Below, piece by piece: positions 7,708 to 12,323 of a DNA stretch of 12,323 nucleotides; positions within the stretch are counted from its first letter, which is position 1; each line of letters starts with the position of its first letter. The notes below the pieces were generated by a model. That model saw nothing but the letters and a program-made list of their open reading frames with translations. It did no database searches and was not told where the DNA came from. The translations under genes were made by a program, and so were the position numbers. Origin of the DNA: Vitrella brassicaformis CCMP3155 (lineage: Eukaryota; Protista; Chromerida); contig CDMY01000899.1 of the NCBI GenBank assembly GCA_001179505.1, forward strand, positions 1 through 12,323. Direction: 5' to 3'.

Positions 7708-9604
7708 TCACAGCCCCGAAGCGAGGCCGGTGTGGCTCCTATAAGGCCCGGGGCTGATGAAGTCTTCTGGGAAAGCGCTGGCCCTCCGGGGCCCTCTGGG
7801 GGCTGCTGCTCGCTGCGCACGGCTAGACACCTGGAAGGCGCCGTGCTTCATCAGCTCGACCAACAGCAGCTGGCTCCAATGGTTGATCACGCTCTACGAA
7901 AGACTCCATCCTCAGTGGCGGGAATCGCGGCTGGACGGGGTCTCCACTTGGCGAGCATCTTGAGGGAATCCATCGTTTTCTCACACCACCTGCCGAATGT
8001 CTCCGCAGCGAGGGGACGAATTGAAAGCCGGCTGCGCGGGCGGCAGGGCCATATTTATCGATCATATTTATCGATCTTGTCCTTCTCTGCGAGAGCCGCT
8101 GCCTTACCGCCAGGCAGCTGTGCGCCGCGCCGGTTCACCGTCCGGTGGAACGGGATGGGAGAGTCGTCGGGTCGGCAGGGGTGGGTGATGGTGACGTCGA
8201 GCAGATAGTCATGGCCGTCGATCACACAGTAGATGTCCATGCGCTGGCTATTGGGATTGTCGTCAGGTGGGATAATGCCGAGGCTGTGCAGGGACACCTC
8301 CACATTGGAGGGACATCTGCCTCCGCCAGGATGCGGACGAACAGGTTGCGCATGTTGTTGTGTCTCAAGTTCGGCGCACGTCCGGTGTTACAGAGGAAGT
8401 AGTGATCACCAAACTTGTCGACCTCACCGTCGCAGATGCATCGCTGTAAGACAGTTGCGTGCGGGAGGGCAATGCCGAGGCACTCGGTAACAGCGTGGTG
8501 ATACTGGAACCTGTTCAGTGCCTTCTGCTCACTGGACGGGATGGCCGACAGCCACTCAGACGAGAGAGGCCCGCGGCAGCTCAGAAGGCGACTGCGGGCC
8601 CTACCATCAGGCGGGAGGGAGTTGAAGAACTCGTTGAAGCGGGACTTGTATAGCTGGTCGGTCAGCCGTTGCTGCAGTCGCACCTCGGGCCTCGAGACAA
8701 GGTCTTGGAGGGAGGGCAGCAAGAGAAAGGGACCGACCGCCTGTGCAACCGCAGCAAGAGCGGGAGCGGCCGCCTGGACCCAGGGCAAGTCGAGCAGTCC
8801 GGAAGCCCCGCCTTGAGGTATCCATGGGGCCCCACGGAAACGGCTGAGAACGTCAGACGCTGTCAGGCCGACCGAAGCAACAAAGGCTGCACGCGCGATC
8901 GTGACCGTCGAGTCAGACCGAAACCTCTCAGGCGAATAGGCAGCTGCACCTGCGCCGACACCGAATCGGGAAAGTGGCCCGGTAAGCGAAACATGCGCCT
9001 GAATGCCGTGATGATGGCGGCGTCATGTCGCTCAGTGGTAGGTGGGGAATTGTCGGAGCCCGGCGGAAGGAGGCGCAGCCAGTAGCTCAGCCGGGGTGAC
9101 GCACAGTAGCGGAGAAGCAGGCCAGATCCCTATAGACCTAACTGGGCAAATATTACAATAGCATCGTGCAGCGGCTTGTGGTCGTCGCGGATCTTCTCAA
9201 GGCCGCGCCGGATGAAAGGGGTGAGGCCAAGAGGACAGCCGAGGACCGTGATGCCTTCGGCAGAGCACTTGACACCAGAAGCGGCAATCTCAGCGGGGAC
9301 GTCACAGGGCTGTCGCCAATGAGGGCTCCAGGCAGCGCTCTTGTCTCGACGCAGCTTCAGCTTCTTCTCGGCCAGAAGCTGTTCAGCTCTGTCCACATAC
9401 CTCGTCACACGTGTCTCGTATACTCCTCCATAGATGTCATCCATGAAAGCACCAATGAAGTCGTCCAGAAACTCTTCCTGCAGCTTGACGAGGGCCGGAT
9501 GGAGGCCCAGACAGAAAAGGAATGGTCCTGCAGCGTCGCCCTGCTGAGTCCCCTCTTGACTGAGGATGGTCTCAATGTGACCGTCTTCCATGCGATACCA
9601 CAGC
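7708..9604 (-). mobile_element. Decayed, 5'-truncated RLE-type (CRE/R2-like) non-LTR retrotransposon, copy B: RT C-terminal half, CCHC knuckle and RLE endonuclease
   Basis: QQGDAAGPFLFCL, AFMDDI (FMDD 9436-9447), ITVLGCPLG, QLPIRLRGFGL, CICDGEVDKFGDHYFLC (8390-8440) then RHNNMR, RMDI...LLDVTITHP...AAALAEKDKIDKY, FVP-AAETFGRW, HWSQLLLVELMKHG. Lesions: TAG 9130-9132, frameshifts ~8912, ~8310, ~8010, ~7900, and a 13-bp duplication at 8050-8075. Roughly 70-80% nt identity to A by eye; homology starts abruptly at LWY (~9604). Confidence 0.94.
8050..8075. repeat. Perfect 13-bp tandem duplication CATATTTATCGAT x2
   Basis: Read directly; it duplicates the IDKY codons and frameshifts the RLE domain. 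Confidence 0.95.
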
Positions 9605-9797
9605 GTTGCGCTGGCCACTCCCCGTCGCGTTAGCGCCATTCACAGTCGATGGGACCCCACGCGAACGCGTGTCGACGAACTGTTACGAGGGGGGAGGGGC
9701 CCCCGAGTAATGGGAGGCGATCGGCCAGACGGAGAGCATAGGAAAATGGCGGGCAACAAATATACACAGTTTGTCGAGAGTGATTTTTGGTCGCCTT

Positions 9798-9817
9798 GAG
9801 GTTGAGTGAGGTTGAGT
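9798..9817. repeat. 10-bp tandem duplication GAGGTTGAGT x2
   Basis: Read directly. Confidence 0.85.
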
Positions 9818-9995
9818 ACGTATCTCAGAAGGGCTGGACAAGAGGAGACGCCAGAGGTTTCGGCAGAATTTACGTGTGGTGCACAGAAACTCGCTTTGTT
9901 CCAAGTTTATCGTTCTGTTTGCTGAGTGCATGCGGCGAGTGTTGGGGAATAGGAAGGCTGCAATTACAAAGGCTTCGACGAGAGGAGCGATGCAA

Positions 9996-10352
9996 CCCCC
10001 CCCCCCCCCCCCCCCCNNNNNNNNNNNNNNNNNNNNNNNNNNNNNNNNNNNNNNNNNNNNNNNNNNNNNNNNNNNNNNNNNNNNNNNNNNNNNNNNNNNN
10101 NNNNNNNNNNNNNNNNNNNNNNNNNNNNNNNNNNNNNNNNNNNNNNNNNNNNNNNNNNNNNNNNNNNNNNNNNNNNNNNNNNNNNNNNNNNNNNNNNNNN
10201 NNNNNNNNNNNNNNNNNNNNNNNNNNNNNNNNNNNNNNNNNNNNNNNNNNNNNNNNNNNNNNNNNNNNNNNNNNNNNNNNNNNNNNNNNNNNNNNNNNNN
10301 NNNNNNNNNNNNNNNNAACCCCCCCCCCCCCCCCCCCTGAATGGGGGGGGGG
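9996..10352. other. Poly-C tracts (C21 at 9996-10016, C19 at 10319-10337) flanking a 300-N gap, followed by G10 (10343-10352)
   Basis: Read directly; both C runs are preceded by AA. Confidence 0.9.
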
Positions 10353-10904
10353 CGGGCGTTAAAGGGCAGACGTGTAGGTATTCCAGGCAGAGGATGATGT
10401 ACAGGAAGATGAGTGCATTTGGGTAGGACGGCAAGCATTGGTATCGGTGGAGCTTTGCAAAGGGAGACTGCGCGCTGTCATGATGGGGGGCATGTTATGG
10501 GGGCGTCTTGTTTTAGAAGTGAATGAGACCTTTTTGTGTGGTTCAACCTCTTTCAGTGACCGTTGTCGTCTTGTCTGGCGACTTGTGGGTGGTCGAAAAA
10601 CTTGTGGATATATGCTCAGTCGCCCGTCAAAATACGCCGGAAGATATCGACAGAGTAGCTCAGTTTCTCATTGATTTCGCATCGTCAACGCACGTTCGAC
10701 TTGCGCCTGCATCTGCGTAGGCCACAGTCGTATAGAGCAATCACGTACGGTCATCTTTGCACTGATTGATTTATCGTATTGCGTTCGCAGGATATCGATC
10801 AGATAGGTCATCGGCATTCATTGCCATTCACATAAGGTGAAGATGAAGCCCACACAACCGTGCGCTGCAGATCTGGATGTGTGTGTGTGTGGGGTGTCTC
10901 TCAG

Positions 10905-12323
10905 AGGTTGATTCACTTACACGCAATACGACAGTGAAAACCAGGGGGGGAGGAAGACACAATGCCAATTGGCCTGCTGCCGTTCACTCGCCGCGAGCTC
11001 CACCAAAGCTCGCCGTCATCCTCTTCGATCCGCCCTCGGATGCCCGAGACACGACTGGTCGAGGCGGGGATGGTGAAGGTGGCGCCTCTCAGCCTGCACC
11101 CCCTACGCGTCGTATTCGCGGGAGGGGTCGCGGTAGAGGAGCGAACGGAGCTTCACGGGGCGCCCGAGGTAGGGGTGGCTTTCTACCCCCGCCGCCGCCC
11201 GGCCCACCATCCGGTGACCCGGGAGATGGCAGGTCAGGGGATGGTGACTCGGGCGGCAATGGCCCGCCCCCAAACGGAGGAGGACCTCCTCCTCCCCCAG
11301 ATCCGCCGTCTGACCCGCCCCATGATGCCCACTGGTTCCGCTCAAGAGGGATTTTCCCGCAGCTTGGGCTTGACTACCTTCGAGGCCTCAGCGCCGAGCA
11401 GCGAGATGACCACTTCAAGCTGAGCGTCCGCACTATATCCCGTATGCCCGGGTGTGTCCGGGATGCACTCAAGATGGTGGTTGACACCACCGAGAAGTAC
11501 GTGAAGAGCGAGGAGGATTCGGATATCGGCTGCCTGACTGCTATCTTTTTACCGACATGCTCCTCTTTCCGATGAATCGCGGTAGGACGGATGGCCGCCG
11601 CAAGTGGGGCACCCGATTTCAGCGGTTCTGGGCTGGAGAGTGGCAAGGACTGCTCGACGAGTCCAAGAATCTTGCTCAGCAGGGTCGCCACGTATTCGCT
11701 CCACATGGCGATGGACCAGTGAGAGACGTGCGTGAACCATCATGGGAGGAGATCAAGCTGCAAGCGACGGAGCGACTGGTGAAGCAGGGGGAGCTGTCAC
11801 GTGCGGCAAGGCGGCTGACGGCTGCTAAAGTCGCTCCAGCGACAGCTGCAACACTCCAGCAGCTCAAAGACCTACACCCTGCTGCCCCGTCGCCTACCAA
11901 GCCGCAGCCCCAGCACAGCCCGGATGGGCTGCCCACGCTTCTCACTGTCTCAAACAGGGGTTTATCGGCTGCCCTCAAGACGGCGCCATGAGAATTCGCA
12001 GCTGGCCCTACAGGTTGGCGGTACGAGCACCTGCGTTCTTGCATGGCAGAGGGTGACGCAACGGCGCAAGACCAGACCGTCGCCCTACCCTCTCTTGTCA
12101 ATCGGATGCTCCGCTTGAGATATGCCGGACAGCTGCACTAAGACTCCTTCGGCCGCCCGCCTTTTTGCTTTGATGAAAGACAACGGACGGGTCCTGCCGA
12201 TCGCTGTAGGTGATGTGCTTTAAAGATGGGTGACGAAGGCGGTTTGTATCGAGAGCAAACTTGCCTTCAGGGAGGACTTTTCACCCCTGCAGTTTGCGGT
12301 CGGTACGTCGGCAGGCGGAGAAA
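10905..12323 (+). mobile_element. Decayed RLE-type non-LTR retrotransposon, copy C, near-identical to copy A; runs off the window end
   Basis: 11070-12323 aligns to 1-1251 with about 20 substitutions and one 3-nt indel (hand count, ~98%). It has the same four lesions as A. The 5' boundary is uncertain; the reading frame is open from 10877. Confidence 0.93.

Noticed and set aside
10438-11423. Alternative-frame ORFs such as MVKVAPLSLHP... (1-435, 10962-11423) and antisense ORFs over the retroelements
   Set aside because: Shadow frames of GC-rich element sequence; the frame continuous with RT motifs is a different one.

Overview
Eukaryotic, intron-containing scaffold DNA with three placeholder gaps of exactly 300 N (2850-3149, 5892-6191, 10017-10316), so distances across gaps are unknown. 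The window is dominated by decayed non-LTR retrotransposons of the R2/CRE-like, restriction-like-endonuclease (RLE) type, in three lineages. (A) A + strand copy at 1-~2494. (C) A second + strand copy at ~10905-12323, about 98% identical to A and sharing four inactivating lesions with it. (B) A 5'-truncated minus-strand relative at ~7708-9604 with RT, CCHC knuckle and RLE. (D) A ~370-bp 3' fragment of a third lineage inserted into a ~60-bp satellite that has a dimeric higher-order structure (3150-4395). Between these elements, a multi-exon minus-strand gene that the ORF track fragments (ATG at 6941) appears to encode a signal-peptide protein. Its 5' end is duplicated head-to-head to form a 738-bp near-spacerless palindrome (6642-7379), which ends next to the 3' tail of element B. 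All assignments come from manual translation and motif recognition; no searches were run and the organism cannot be determined from this window.
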